From Eledone cirrhosa (Eukaryota), in contig OZ024741.1 in assembly GCA_964016885.1 (NCBI GenBank), positions 84,630,001-84,694,000 on the forward strand: DNA of 64,000 nt. The letters run 5' to 3'. This document shows positions 43,251 through 56,974 of this stretch, piece by piece. The notes under the pieces were generated by a model. The model worked only from the letters and a program-made list of their open reading frames with translations. It was not told the DNA's origin and ran no database searches. Position 1 is the stretch's first letter. Each line of letters opens with the position of its first letter. Both the position numbers and the translations under genes were made by a program.

Positions 43251-45421
43251 TTGTCAGTGACACAAAGACAGTGTATATATACACAATAGGGGTGTATATA
43301 AAAGCATATATAAACATACTTTACGTTTATCGCCTGTCATCAATCACCATGTGGTGAGCACGATCGATGTTTTCCTTTGTGGTGTTAGTCCTAGGACATC
43401 CAGAGCTTGGGTCAACTTCAAAACTCTTCATCACCTCCTAAAATCAGCTGCCCACATTTGCAATCAAGGGTCATCCCCGAATGTAGTAACCATACCAGCA
43501 TCAATGGCCAAACTGTGCCCATTTTCAAGATAAGTTGCTACTACTTACTTTTGAAGTCTTCTTTAAACAGTCAGATGTCAGTTTACTTGAAATGAAACGA
43601 TGTAGTTATTAATACGAATAGTTCAAATTAATGCATGCAAGATTCCACAGCTCTAACATCACTCCTTTCTAGTCAGCCTATGAATCTTTCAGCCACCCCT
43701 CTTATGCACATATATATAAATACATATATTGATTAATTGATTAATTGATTAATTTAATTAGACAATTCTATTGATTGGTTAATTATTTATGCTTCCTTAA
43801 TAACGTCTGGTCGAGAGCTTTATTCGGTTTGTGGAGCGGAATTTATTCCTTTGATCAAAATTTGAATTTCGACCACCAAAAACGGGGTTACCTCCCTTTG
43901 GGAAAACCATGTGACCGCCTTACTGCTAAAACTCACAACCGGCGCGGTACAGAACGGATACATGTTGAGAAAGTGAAACCTCTGTTCGATTTTCCTGAAC
44001 CAATAACTTGCATACCCCGCAAGTGGATTTTGTTGATTTCGGATTTCACGGAAAGCTAGCGGAGATATTTCTTAATATCGACGCGATGGTCCAGGTTTGT
44101 CAAATTATCCTGAGTTGGTTTTGTCGTTGCTTTGGTCCCTGCGGCTGGCTTACCGGTCGCAATCTTCAATTTGCAAAGCTTTCTAAACGTAATGTTATTA
44201 CTCTAAGGTAAAACACCTTATTGAGTGCTTAGCTGCACATTCCGATTGATTTCGTTAACCTAGCTGCAGCCAGAGCTTCGATTATGCTGAACTTCCATTT
44301 GTAAATACATATATATGTAGTCAGTGCCGGTGTGTGAGGTTGGGGTTGTATGTGCGCGTGTGTATGTGTGTGCATTATCTGAATTGTAAAAATAACAGTG
44401 ATGATATGTCATGCTTTGAAACAGTTTTAGAATTCCTGACCTTAATAAATATTTCTATAAATCTTATTCTAATTTTCCACATTTTACTCATCTGCATTTC
44501 ATTTGAAGAGGGTTTTCTGTTGAATTGAACGAATATATTTCACTATTACTTTCATATTAAGATAATTTCAATTTGTTTACAAAGAGGGAATCGTGAAATT
44601 ATTTATTTCTGTAAACATCTGCTTGGAAACAGAATCTGATGGCATAGATAGTGTGTCGGTTGGAATCTATAGAATGGTATTAAACGTAAACATTGGATTT
44701 GCCATGCAAATAGAAAGTTTGCATTTTTATCTAGGGGAAATAATTCCAGGCTTCAAACCTTTTTCATTCCATCTATAGGCACGTAATTTCCGGGAGAATC
44801 GCAGTTTAGCCGTACGGATATATGCCATCTTTTTGGTATTATAAACTTGCAGAGATACAGACTGACAGACAGACAGATAGAAACAGTGAGAATCAGAGCG
44901 TGTCAGAGAGAGTGAGACAGACAGGGAGTAAGAAAGAGCAAATGAGAGGCAGACTGACAGATAGAGAAAGTGAGAAAGACATGATATGGGAAGAATCAAC
45001 CCAGTATTTGACTGCTACTTGAGATATTGACAGTTATAGGACGTCATCTACATAAACTATAGACTGCCAATGTAGTCTCCTAGGTGGCAAATTATTAAAA
45101 GCATCAGTGCCTCGGCCGCAAATATTTAGAGTATATATTTTTCACTTAAGCATCGCATTTGTATAGTTAGAAAATCGAGTCACTCTGCGCTCTGAATTTA
45201 AAGTGAGCTGAGGTTAAATTTGCCTTTCATTCACGTTCGATAAGAAAAGTACTAGTCCAGAACTGGAGTCGAGTCTTATTCATTCCTCCGCTCCACCTTT
45301 CTTCATTTTCTCTGCCAATATGAAATCTATAAATACTGGACTTTATCTGACATTCATGATGATTTTAAATGAAGGAAAATGTTTTAGTCCTGTACAAATC
45401 ATATTTATTTATATTATATAG

Positions 45422-45530
45422 AAATCCCGCCAAGGTTAACTTTGCCTTTCATCCTTACGGGGTCGATAAAATAAAGTACCAGTAATACACTGACTTAATT
45501 GCTGGCCTTGTGCCAATAGTAGCAACAATT
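45422..45530 (+). mobile_element. 5'-truncated SINE
   Basis: AAATCCCGCCAAGGTTAACTTTGCCTTTCATCCTTACGGGGTCG. Confidence 0.85.
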
Positions 45531-45625
45531 ATATAGAAGAGATGTTTCCGGGACTAGAAGTATTTTATTCCATGAGTAACTTCTTAAACTGTAGTTATTT
45601 CACTATATCCTTTGGGACACCATCC

Positions 45626-45695
<70 letters not shown>

Positions 45696-45790
45696 AATAA
45701 TCTGTTATTTTAATAAATATATATATATATATATATATAGAATAAGGAAAAGCGAAGTAGTTTCAGATGTTCAAGTCCTTTAATAATAAT

Positions 45791-45864
45791 GCTGTGATAT
45801 ATATTTCAGTGACGACACTGGCCACACTGTTTTGTGTGCGAGTGTCGTGTCATCATCAGACAGC
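45791..45864 (-). ncRNA. Type I hammerhead
   Basis: GCTGT-CTGATGA-TGACACGACACT..AGTGTCGTCACT-GAAA-TATATA-TC-ACAGC. Confidence 0.85.
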
Positions 45865-47140
45865 TTGTTACATAATAAGGTTATGTTTCCGAGGCAATCC
45901 AAATTGGATCGACATGGGAACGGATGAATTGCGTGTTTTGGGGTTTTTCATCCGCTCCCTTGTGAGTACCAATTCACCCCCCACCCTTCTGCGCAAGCGC
46001 ATGTCCGAAGGAAGTTGACCATTAGCCACCGCATAATTTAGCTCCAATTAGTTGAGCGCTTTACGATGTAACCGATATGGTGGAGAAGAGAGGAACCAAC
46101 CATAGGCTACCCCAGAAATTCCCTCTACCATGGGAATGGAAACCCCTTACACTGGACGGACATAATAGTAACTTTCTGCAGGATAAATACGCGGAAACAA
46201 ATAATAGGATAAACCCCTATTTTCCTGCACCAAATCGCATTTGAACAGAAGCCCCCTCAATTCAATCTATACATGGACAGATGGACAATCATATGGATCA
46301 TTTTGCATATATGTACTCTGTGTTTTTGCATTTATTCACTATTAGTTCTGTTCTTTCCTTTGTGTACTTTATGTCTGTTTTTCTTTGATTTTGTTCCATG
46401 TGATGGAAATTATGACTGTACCAGATTGACTAATGCCTAGAGCCCTGTAGTTTTCCCTCAGTTATGATGTACGGCACTGTCGTTCAATATGTGGATAGAG
46501 TAACTGTGACACTAGAATCCCTCTCAGAACATATTACTTAAACATCTCTCTCCATATTATTTACTCACTTCAGTCTATATTTTTACTCACCTCAATCCGA
46601 ATTATCACCTGAAAAGAATTTTTTTTAATTATTTAATTTCTAATTGTTAATTTCTTAATTGTTTAATTTATAATTTCTGATATTTGATTTAGGATTTTAA
46701 TTTTTATTTCCAACTCTCACTCTTAACTTCCAACGTAAAACCATGACACCTAGAATTAAGTTTATCTTCCCTTATAAGGTGATGGTCAGTCGTACCGTCA
46801 ACGCTTAGTGAGGGGTAGTATTATGACCTGTAAAAACTAACACTCTCCCATCCCCTCTGGCTCTAACTGACTGCCACAGCCGTGATGGGTAGCAGTAAAG
46901 TATGGTACAGGCATTGGTGGGCCATTGTTTTGACTGAGAGGGTGAACTGACTAAGCGAATTTCGTTGAAATCTGCGGTGGCTAATGGTCAACTTCCTTCG
47001 GACATGCGCTTGCGCAGACCGGTGGGGGGAATTGGTACTCACAAGGGAGCGGATGAAAAACCCCAAAACACGCAATTCATCTGTTCCCATGTCGATCCAA
47101 TTTGGATTGCCTCGGAAACATAACCTTATTATGTAACAAG

Positions 47141-47212
47141 CTGTCTGATGATGTCACGACACTCGCACACAGAACAGTGTGGCCAGTGTCGTCACTGAAA
47201 TATATATCACAG
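47141..47212 (+). ncRNA. Type I hammerhead (inverted copy of 45791-45864)
   Basis: CTGT-CTGATGA-..ACGACACT..AGTGTCGT..-GAAA-TATATA-TC-ACAG. Confidence 0.85.
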
Positions 47213-47253
47213 AATTATTATTAAAGGACTTGAACATCTGAAACTACTTCGCT

Positions 47254-47347
<94 letters not shown>

Positions 47348-47505
47348 CGGAAAATATTGTTTTGGTAAAAACAGGAATAAGCAGGAGAAAGCTCTCAACA
47401 ATCGTTGTTTTAGTTACGATGGAGAATTTTATAAAAATGTATGCTGGGCGCACAGGCATTAGGATGTGTGTTTTCCTGCCAGCGGCATATCAAATATATC
47501 GATCT

Positions 47506-47593
47506 TCATCTGAGGAAACCGTTCTCATAATCAACAGCAAATGCATGAAGGACATCTCGATTGCATGGAGAACCGTAGAAATAATTATTATGA
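47506..47593 (+). ncRNA. Type I hammerhead with an internal loop at the base of stem II
   Basis: TCAT-CTGAGGA-AACC-GTTCTC...GAGAAC-CGTA-GAA-ATAATTAT-T-ATGA. Confidence 0.65.
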
Positions 47594-47649
47594 TTAAACG
47601 ATATATGTAACTTCAGCATCTTATTTTATTACTTTTATATATATATAGC

Positions 47650-47850
47650 AAAAGAGTCAGGACCCCGACGGTTGAGTTCCGGCCGTTTCGACAGCTAGCT
47701 AGATCCGAAGTTCAGATCTAGCTGTCGAAACGGCCGGAGCTCAGCCGTTGGGGTCCTGACTCTTTTTCTATTACCCACTCTACTACCCTAAGTATCGAGT
47801 ACTCTGGTGCTTTATGGTCCACCTGGTTTCTTATCATATTTTCTTTGTTA
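47650..47850 (+). mobile_element. Short PLE terminus with fold-back at HHR stem II (same family as 36319-36514 and 13420-13548)
   Basis: Palindrome at 47650-47766. Shared tail TATTACCCACTCTACTACCCTAAGTAT.GAGTACT.TGGTG. Confidence 0.8.
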
Positions 47851-47859
47851 TATATATAT

Positions 47860-48910
47860 ATCTTCGGCCGAGTTCACACTCGCAAAGATTCAGCACGCTT
47901 TCTCCAATCGTCCCGGTCGAGCATGACATTTCGCAGTTCGTCGATGTTATCAATGTTGGCATCTCTCAGCAGGGTATCAATGAAGGAGACAGCCTGTCTT
48001 CCCTAGCTTCTTCGTCCGACCACCAGTTTCCAGAGCACAAGTTGTGACGTTGTCTCTTCTCGATGATGAATGCAGTGCTCAGCCAGTTTCATTCGTCGGC
48101 AGGGAACGTTTGGGGGGACTGGTGGTAGTGATCTGTGTAGTCCTTTATTTGTCAGCTTCTGTTTCCAAGAAATGTTGAGAGCCATTCTCAGCATCTTTCT
48201 GTAACATCCGTCAAGTCTCTTGCATAGCACTTTGTCAATAATCCACGTTTCACTGCCGTAAATTAGGACGGATTCAACAGTTGCCGGGAAGAGGCGCTCC
48301 TTGACTTTGCGGTTTAGGTTGGACATCCACACCTTCAGTAGGTTGTGGCATGCCGATCATGCTAGTGCTTTTCTAACTTCAAAGTCCTTGCGTGAGCTGT
48401 GCATCCATGCACCAAGATACTTAAAGTTCTCAACTGTTCTCATTGTTGTATCATCCTTAGCAAGAACTGGAGCTGGATCAACCTGAATGTAGTGCATGAT
48501 TTCGGTCTTCTGTGCCCTGAGATGCAGTCCTATTTTGCCTGATTCAACCTCGACACGTGTGAGCAGTGCTTGAGCTTGGCTGATTTTCTCTGTGATCAAG
48601 GCTATGTCATCGGCGAAGTCTGTGTCAATGACAACTTTTGGATGGTGACGACAGCTTCTCCTTCGATCCAATTTGAAACTCAACTCTTCTTCCTTCCCAT
48701 GAATGGCCTGTCTCATTGCATAATCGAGGACAATTGCAAATGGGAAGAGTGCAAGCTTGTCACCTTGGCGAACACCTGCGAGAATCTCAAACTAATCAGT
48801 GTTTCTGTCCAGTGTCAATACGCGAGCTCGAATACCCTCGTACATCAGACATATAGCCTGAACTATCTTTTCAGGCACATCGTATGCTCTCAGGATCTGG
48901 AGCATTCGCC
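47860..48910 (-). mobile_element. RTE/RTE-X LINE RT fragment, frameshifted
   Basis: GVRQG; DTDFADDIAL..GLHL...KTE..ENFKYLG; VESVLIYGSETW..LDGCY.KMLRMALNISW. Confidence 0.9.
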
Positions 48911-51900
48911 TCACAAAATTACACTCCTACAAGATTATCTGGGCCACTGTGGTATTTTAGCGCCGTGCCACGCAATATCTTACTCAATGACAACTGAAAT
49001 GAATTTAAGAAACAACATATATTCATGGATATTTAGTCTGTGGTGGCAATAATCAAACAAACTCATTAGGATTAACAAGAAAGTTAATAAAACCAGTATC
49101 AACTAATTACTGAATATAAATCAATTAATAAAAATATCAAAAGTATTGATATATTCCCAAACCATCGCTGGTTTTACCAATGCCAAACTGTTAATATTTG
49201 TTTTAATAATTATGTAAAAATAAAAGAGCATACGTCACTTGTAAAACAACTCGGAATTGGCATAGGATCTTCAGTGAATTTGCCGAGTAAACAGCACAGA
49301 GGAGAATAAGATACTTTTTCAGGCACCCAACAGTAGCCAGCTGTTTTCGATTATCTGTCAACAGCTTGAAAACCAATCGATGTACCCTACTGTGTTGTTC
49401 AAAAGAGGCGGGAAGTTAACGGGACAATACATATGCAGCTTTAAAATAAGCAGTCAACTAGAATTACTACTATGAGTAAAATATACTAAGAGATTTACGA
49501 GATTACTCTACCACAAGATGCATTGCGTGCCTATGGGATTGCAACACTGTGCAGCGCAATATCTTACTCGCAGAATTGCGTGACGGAAAACTAACCAATA
49601 TGCTCTGATTTCTGATGCCTTTTATCCGTGCGCAATCCACCTAATGTTCGCTAGCTCTAAGTATAGCCTGAATATATTAATATTTACCACTGTCAGTACT
49701 GTGGAAATGATGAACTGTTAATTTAGATTGCAGTACCAAGTTTAATCCCTTATTCTTTGAGTAGAAAAGGTGAGCGCCATGGAGTTTTTCTCACAATAAA
49801 AAGTTCTTGAATTCAATTTCCAGACCGTATAACTCACTGTGTCATTCAGTAATGCACTTCATTTCATTGGAATTAAGGCAGACATGAACATTCGTTAATA
49901 TCGACGATGAGTGTTCCATTTCTTCGGTCACCAGAACAGCGTGCTCATGTTATTAATGTGTAAGTGTTTAACATGGCTGGCCTTTTGAATTGCGGTCATT
50001 GTCTATCCAACAGGCTCCCAAGCGAGTTCCGTCATCTCACCTTCGACCTGTTTTCATGGTAAATGATACTTTCCCAATATGATATGCAGTGGGACCAAAA
50101 ACGAAACCTAATTATTGCGAAGCGAACTTCTTAAACATGCAGCCTCACTACGTCCACCTAGTTCAATCTGAAGGTGAGCACAACCAGCAGGAGGGGTCAG
50201 ATGATTCCCTTCGATGCTGAGAGAATAAGCTTTGTTTTTAATGTCCCTTAAACACTGAGTAATAGGGGTGATGAACTATAGATAGCGTCTGAAGTTAATA
50301 TGGGCAAGTTTCGTTCAAGAAAATTGTAACTTTAAATACAAAACTGCATAATTCTCATACTTATGTTTTATATTTCTTTTTCCACCGTTTGCAATTAAAA
50401 AGGAGACAAAGCAATCTTGAAAAGAGATCAGACAATTCTTTTGAATAATTCTATTTACTAGGGGTGAATATTTCCTTTCATTCCTGAATACTTTGATATA
50501 AATCTTATTTTAAGTAAATATTCTATTCAATACTGACGTGTAATCTGCTTATAAGCAATGAAAATGTAACTTATCTAGCCAATTATTGAGATGTACAGAT
50601 GCAGAATTTCTCTCGTTTAAAACCTTTTATTAAATAAACGACTTTTTCTAATTGCATTCACCTAGATTCATACTATAAAATCAATTTCCCTAGATCTGGC
50701 TGAATTATTTTCGGATTTATTATTTTTTCTTTTGCAGTGTTTTAAACATAATATTGCAAGCTAAATCATACAAGTATACAAATATTCCAAAACCACTTTA
50801 TTTAACTCTCGCGTATCTTTTTTTCTTCCAGTGTGTTAAATTTGAAATAGCTTCAGTATTAAAAGTTTCGGTCCAGCAACGGACCTTCGAAGCTTTTATT
50901 AATGTGAACTTTGCCCATAAAGCTAAATCTTTATAGCCATTTGGCTTCTCTAAACATTCTAAAGCAACCATTATCACAGACATTTTCTGCCAATAAACAC
51001 AAAACAGGCAAAAAGAGAAATCGGTCATTTCAATTTTCCATTTTAGAAGATGTTATCACACGTATTCACTGACACTAACTTACAGTTTCGATCTTAAGTT
51101 CTCTTAAATATAGTTCCTACTTTCTGCTAACCTATAAAATATAGAAAGTTTGAGGCAGATAGAGAAAAAGGTTTAATGCATGTTTGTAACTACCTTTGTT
51201 ATTTTTCCCCATCAGAATGAAAATGAAGTAAATCGGTATTAGAAGTGAAAGCTAAAAAAAAACAACTTATATTTCTACTGTTCTACGAATAATATTATGA
51301 GTCACAAGTTTAGTGGTGATTAAAATGGTCTATAAACCTGTATATGTTTAAAACCCAGATAATGCATTTAGTTTTCATTCAAATGCATTACTGCCAATTG
51401 TTGAAGTCAATATAAATTTATCTGGTGTATTCTTTATTTAATACAATTTATTTACTGAGAATAGGAAAACAGACCCTGCCATGTAAAAACATCAACATTC
51501 GCATTGGTTTGTTGTTAAGGTGAATACACTTTCCTGGAATATTGTATGCAGTGGAAAATAGCTTTCTATGACGGAAGGAAATATATTACATTTGTATATC
51601 TCCACCTTGTTAAATATAATGGAACTGTACTAGATTATAGGTATATAAGATCTATGAATAGGATATGTTGTATATGATCTAACTATTAATTCTTAGAGGT
51701 AGTATACTAATGTTAAAAGCTATATTAACTTAGAAATATAAAAAGAAAGCCGTGGTGAAATATAAACCGCAACTTCTAACGTATTGTCCTTTGGATGGCT
51801 AGATTTACGGCATTTATTTATTTATTTATTTTTACATATGTTCATTCATATATTTTATATCACAAGCAAGTAGTGAACAATAATGTTGGTTACAGATTAT

Positions 51901-52923
51901 CATCAAAGAAACACTGGTTCATTGTCTTTCTGGTATCGAGTGTGGCTACCTAATATTCAAGGAAATAATATATGTCTCCTGGCTTGCAAAGAGGAACATT
52001 GCGCGTAATCATATTTTCCATGGTGCATATTGGTGCATAACTCACATAGACCCAGGTCCAGGTGATCTGATAACAGGATACATCATTATTATTGTATCCT
52101 GGGTACAACAGGCAGCCTCATCCACATGATTCGAATGAGCTTAATCGAGCTTTAAACTGTGTCCAAGTAATACTCTAAGTCCTCCCACATATATAATCAT
52201 GTGGATAAGGCAGTCTGTTGTAGCAAGGGCACAATAATGATAATTTGTACCGTAGTCAGAATACCTGAATGTGAGTGTATTATGAAAGAGCACGTTGTGA
52301 CTCCGGGATACAACACATATGATGTGTCTAAATAGAAGCATCATGAAAAACATGATATTTCCATAAATATGATTCCACATAATGTTCCTCTTTTCAAGCG
52401 ACGAGAGACACATTATTCTCTTTCAAGGTTAGACAGTTATATCCGAAACGAGAAAGACCGTGAACCACTGTTTCTTTGTTGATAAGGTGAGACCAACCTT
52501 ATTGTTCACCACTAGCTGATTTGTAAATCTGTGTTTCGGTTTTTTAGTCATGGAAGCTTTTACGTTGATAGTTTTCTAACTAAAGAACAATTTGACTACA
52601 GTCGTGGCTATTCACCTCTGGCGCCAGCAGTGGCCATAACCTTTCTGCAAACTCATGACTATTCCTTTCGAATAATATCTGATAATGAAGCTCTTCTGTA
52701 TTAACTACATGCGTATCTGCTGCAAATGTGCATATTTTCAGTTCCCACTCTGAGAAAACGATTTATAACCGTTTACATCGAGTGTTGTTCGGACGATTCT
52801 TGATTTGTCAGTTTGTGGTGTCACCGGACAGTGCTATGGAGAATGAACTACTCTATCTCACTCTATCCCTCTCTTTCTCCTCTCTCTCTCCTCTCCCTCT
52901 CTCTCTCTCTCTCTCTCTCCCTA

Positions 52924-53265
52924 TACAATAACTAAATTAAGTTATTGAGATAAAAAGAATTGGTGGAGAAAGAGAGACAGGTAAACAAACACGAATGGTG
53001 AGGTAACGTAAAGAGAGGAAAACATAAGAAAATCAAGTCAATGATTCATTTTGAACATAAGAACTTTGCCTCACCATTCGTGTTTATTTACCTGTCTCTC
53101 TTTCTCCACCCAGTTCTTTTTATCCCAATAACTTAATTTAGTTATTGTATTGCCCTAGCCGGAGGTATATGGTCTGTAATGCGAAAAAATACCTATGATG
53201 GCTAGTAGACCACTGATGACGGATAGTCCTGGCTTCTATTTCTAATTTTTCATTTTATTATATAT
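52924..53265 (+). mobile_element. Short PLE-like terminus with 5' inversion (about 52924-53006 and 53067-53150)
   Basis: Reverse-complement arms between (CT)n and (TA)n. Carries the permuted motif. Confidence 0.65.
53126..53229 (+). ncRNA. Permuted hammerhead-like pseudoknot with canonical kink-turn (second family)
   Basis: CTAGCC-GGA-GGTAT-A-TGGTCT-GTAATGCGAA-AAA-ATACC-TAT-GA-T-GGCTAG-T-AGACCA-CTGATGA. The G12 position is A in this copy. Confidence 0.55.
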
Positions 53266-54835
53266 ATAATAATTGCAACAACACAGCTCACCATTTTTCA
53301 TTCATATATGCTTTCCCGTTCGCTGTGACCTGTCTTTTTCTCTTCCCTTACTGCTATCCTCTTTCTCTCTATACATATATATATATATACATACATAAAT
53401 ACATACATACATACATTCATACATATATATATAGCGGTTTTCAATCATCTACATATCCAAATGCTTGGACATATCATCCAGAGAGCTTTCCAAGACACAC
53501 CTTCATCCATGTAACCTTACCAATATTGACCAAACCTCAACATGTGTCCATGCAGCGTAGTCCTGAACCCTTCTCTTCAGATAGAGCCCTCTGGAGCTCT
53601 TCTCGGCTCTTCTCACTTTGTTTTTGGTAGCCCTTCAATAATACTAATTTTTCGTATAGTTTACGAAGGGAACGACCTGCAAACACTCGGATGTCAACTT
53701 CCACTAGCTTTCACAATGCTTCATATAAAATATTACATTATGTATAATGTCTTTCTATTTAGAGACATCTACATGCTCTTTCATCGTAGTCATATTTATG
53801 ATAGAGTATGTAGATTTAAAAAGTCGGAGGTGGTTAGATAAAAGTAGTTTAACAATATCAATCTTACGTTGTGCACTTCTTTTAAAACTGAAAACTCGTT
53901 AATACATGTGTAATTTATCTGATATTTATGGTATTTAAATCTCGTAAATATTTTCGTTCTTTAAAAGAAGATTAGCTTCAAAATTCTATTTTATATGTAG
54001 TTTATCCTAGTTTTAATGTTTTCACCAACGAAACGCTTTTGTGAACGTCGATCTTCCTTAATGTTGATTGTGAGAGTACGTGGGTGGGGGGTGTAATCAA
54101 CTAGCTGTTAATGGCAACAAATAAAAACAGAGATATAGAAGGGAAAGAGAAAAAGAGTGTGTGTGTGTGAAATATGGCATTTTAAATAGAAGAGACTATG
54201 AACTAAAAATGTGTAGTAGTCATTATACTTTTAACAAGATTGTGGATGCAAGAATCGCTAAGTGGTAAAGAAGTTTGCTTCAAAATGAAGAGGAACTGCG
54301 TTCGAGCCACTTTGGGCAAGTATTTTAGTATAGTCTCGTTTCGACCATAGCTTGTATGCGAAACTTTGAAAGCCCTTCGTATGGATTGTATCTGTAATTC
54401 AAATGTCCAGCCTTGACACCTATTGTCACATTCCTTCGGTTGGGGTATTTCATTAATGGTACCCGTGTCTTATGAAATACCCTGCCGACTACACATTAAT
54501 TCAACTTGTAGATGTTGAAAAAAACCTGACAAAGGATCCTTCTTTGACAAGCTTGGAATAAATTTAGATATTATATTTCCTATAAAAACTATTGTAGTGA
54601 ATGAAAGCAGAACTTCCGTTGTGCGTCATATACAGCTGAGTCAAACGAGATGTGTACAGGATAGAGAATCACGTAGTCAAGCGAAATGTTTAGGGGATAG
54701 AGTACAGTTGTCTCATGCCAGATGTATATGGAACAAAGCACGGTTGATTTAGGCTATATATAAAATTAAAATGTTAAGTTAAAAACTGGCAATAATCCCG
54801 TTTAATAAAATAAGCTCAAGGAAACACACGCACGC

Positions 54836-54891
<56 letters not shown>

Positions 54892-55099
54892 GCATTATAT
54901 GCCTGTTCAAATCTTAACGGATATAAAACCGCCAGGGTGACGAATATATTAACTACGGATGGAACAGTCTATAAAAATTACTTAAAAGGATAAATTGATA
55001 TTTAAAAAAAACGACCATAATAACTACTAACATCCAGACACGTTCGAAATAGAACTATGTTTCGCATCAATTGGCTTTATATCCTTTACGATTTGAACA

Positions 55100-55182
<83 letters not shown>

Positions 55183-55217
55183 ATTTCTCTCTTTACCGTG
55201 CTATATATATGATTCAG

Positions 55218-55260
55218 ACCGGACTGAGGATCCGAATAAGGTGAAACATTTGTCTTCGGT
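55218..55260 (+). ncRNA. Minimal type I hammerhead in a ~80 bp island between microsatellites
   Basis: ACCGGA-CTGAGGA-TCC(GAATAA)GGT-GAAA-CATTTG-TC-TTCGGT. Confidence 0.8.
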
Positions 55261-55286
55261 GTGGTGAACTAACTGTTGTGGAACTA

Positions 55287-56189
<903 letters not shown>

Positions 56190-56273
56190 AAAGGTAAACA
56201 GAAATAACAACACAATCGGTACGGTATATGGAAGGTATATATTAGTTCAACGCTAGATATAGCAGGAAGAGGG

Positions 56274-56309
56274 TCTTAACGTTTCGGACGCTAGTCCTTC
56301 ATCAGAAGA
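56274..56309 (-). ncRNA. Minimal type I hammerhead in a solo Neptune-like terminus (56185-56400)
   Basis: Identical core and stems to 8365-8400. Confidence 0.8.
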
Positions 56310-56974
56310 AAGAATGAGAATTAAAATAGATTAAGGGGACGGGCGGGATGGATTTGGAAAAAATGTCTTTAGATAACAATAATAGGTCCATTCATATTGA
56401 TGTGTCGAAACACATATTGTTATACTTGGGGAGGGTCATATAGTTGTAAAATATTGCCAGAAATAATAACAGAACACACACAGTTTGGTTGGTTTTTGCT
56501 TCTGTATCTTTTATATCTCCACAGTTAATTCATTTGGTCCTCATTTTTTATCATTGACTGACCAACGGTAAACATACAGATATAATATATATATATACAC
56601 ACATATATATATAGCCTAACAAAGTTATTTCGTTGCAACATCATCAGTGGTACTGTTATGTTCCTCCTCGTGTATTGTATATCTACGCCATTTTTTATTT
56701 TATCTGTTTATTTATTTATTTATTTATGTCATCTTCTCTGCGCATGAGTTTACGTGTATGTATAGTGTTTGGTGTGTGTGTTCGCGTTTGGGTGACTGTG
56801 GTTTGGTTATTGTATTCTATCTTAGTTTTCTAGTGTGTGTTTATATGTGTTTGTTGTTATTGTGCTTGTGTATATATTTATCTATTTATTTATTTATTTA
56901 TTTATATTTCTCTTAAGTCATTATTGTTTGGGTATGTTTGTTGTTATTATTCGAGTCATTTTAGATATTATTGG

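Larger units (their letters stand above)
45751..47254 (+). mobile_element. PLE remnant with ~280 bp inverted termini (45751-46033 and 46973-47254)
   Basis: Reverse-complement arms, each with an HHR, flanked by (TA)n and (TG)n. Confidence 0.85.

Noticed and set aside
51850-52850. Possible decayed coding sequence (SDYGTNY resembles an integrase SDNG motif)
   Set aside because: Only a single weak motif with many stops. It cannot be assigned without a search.
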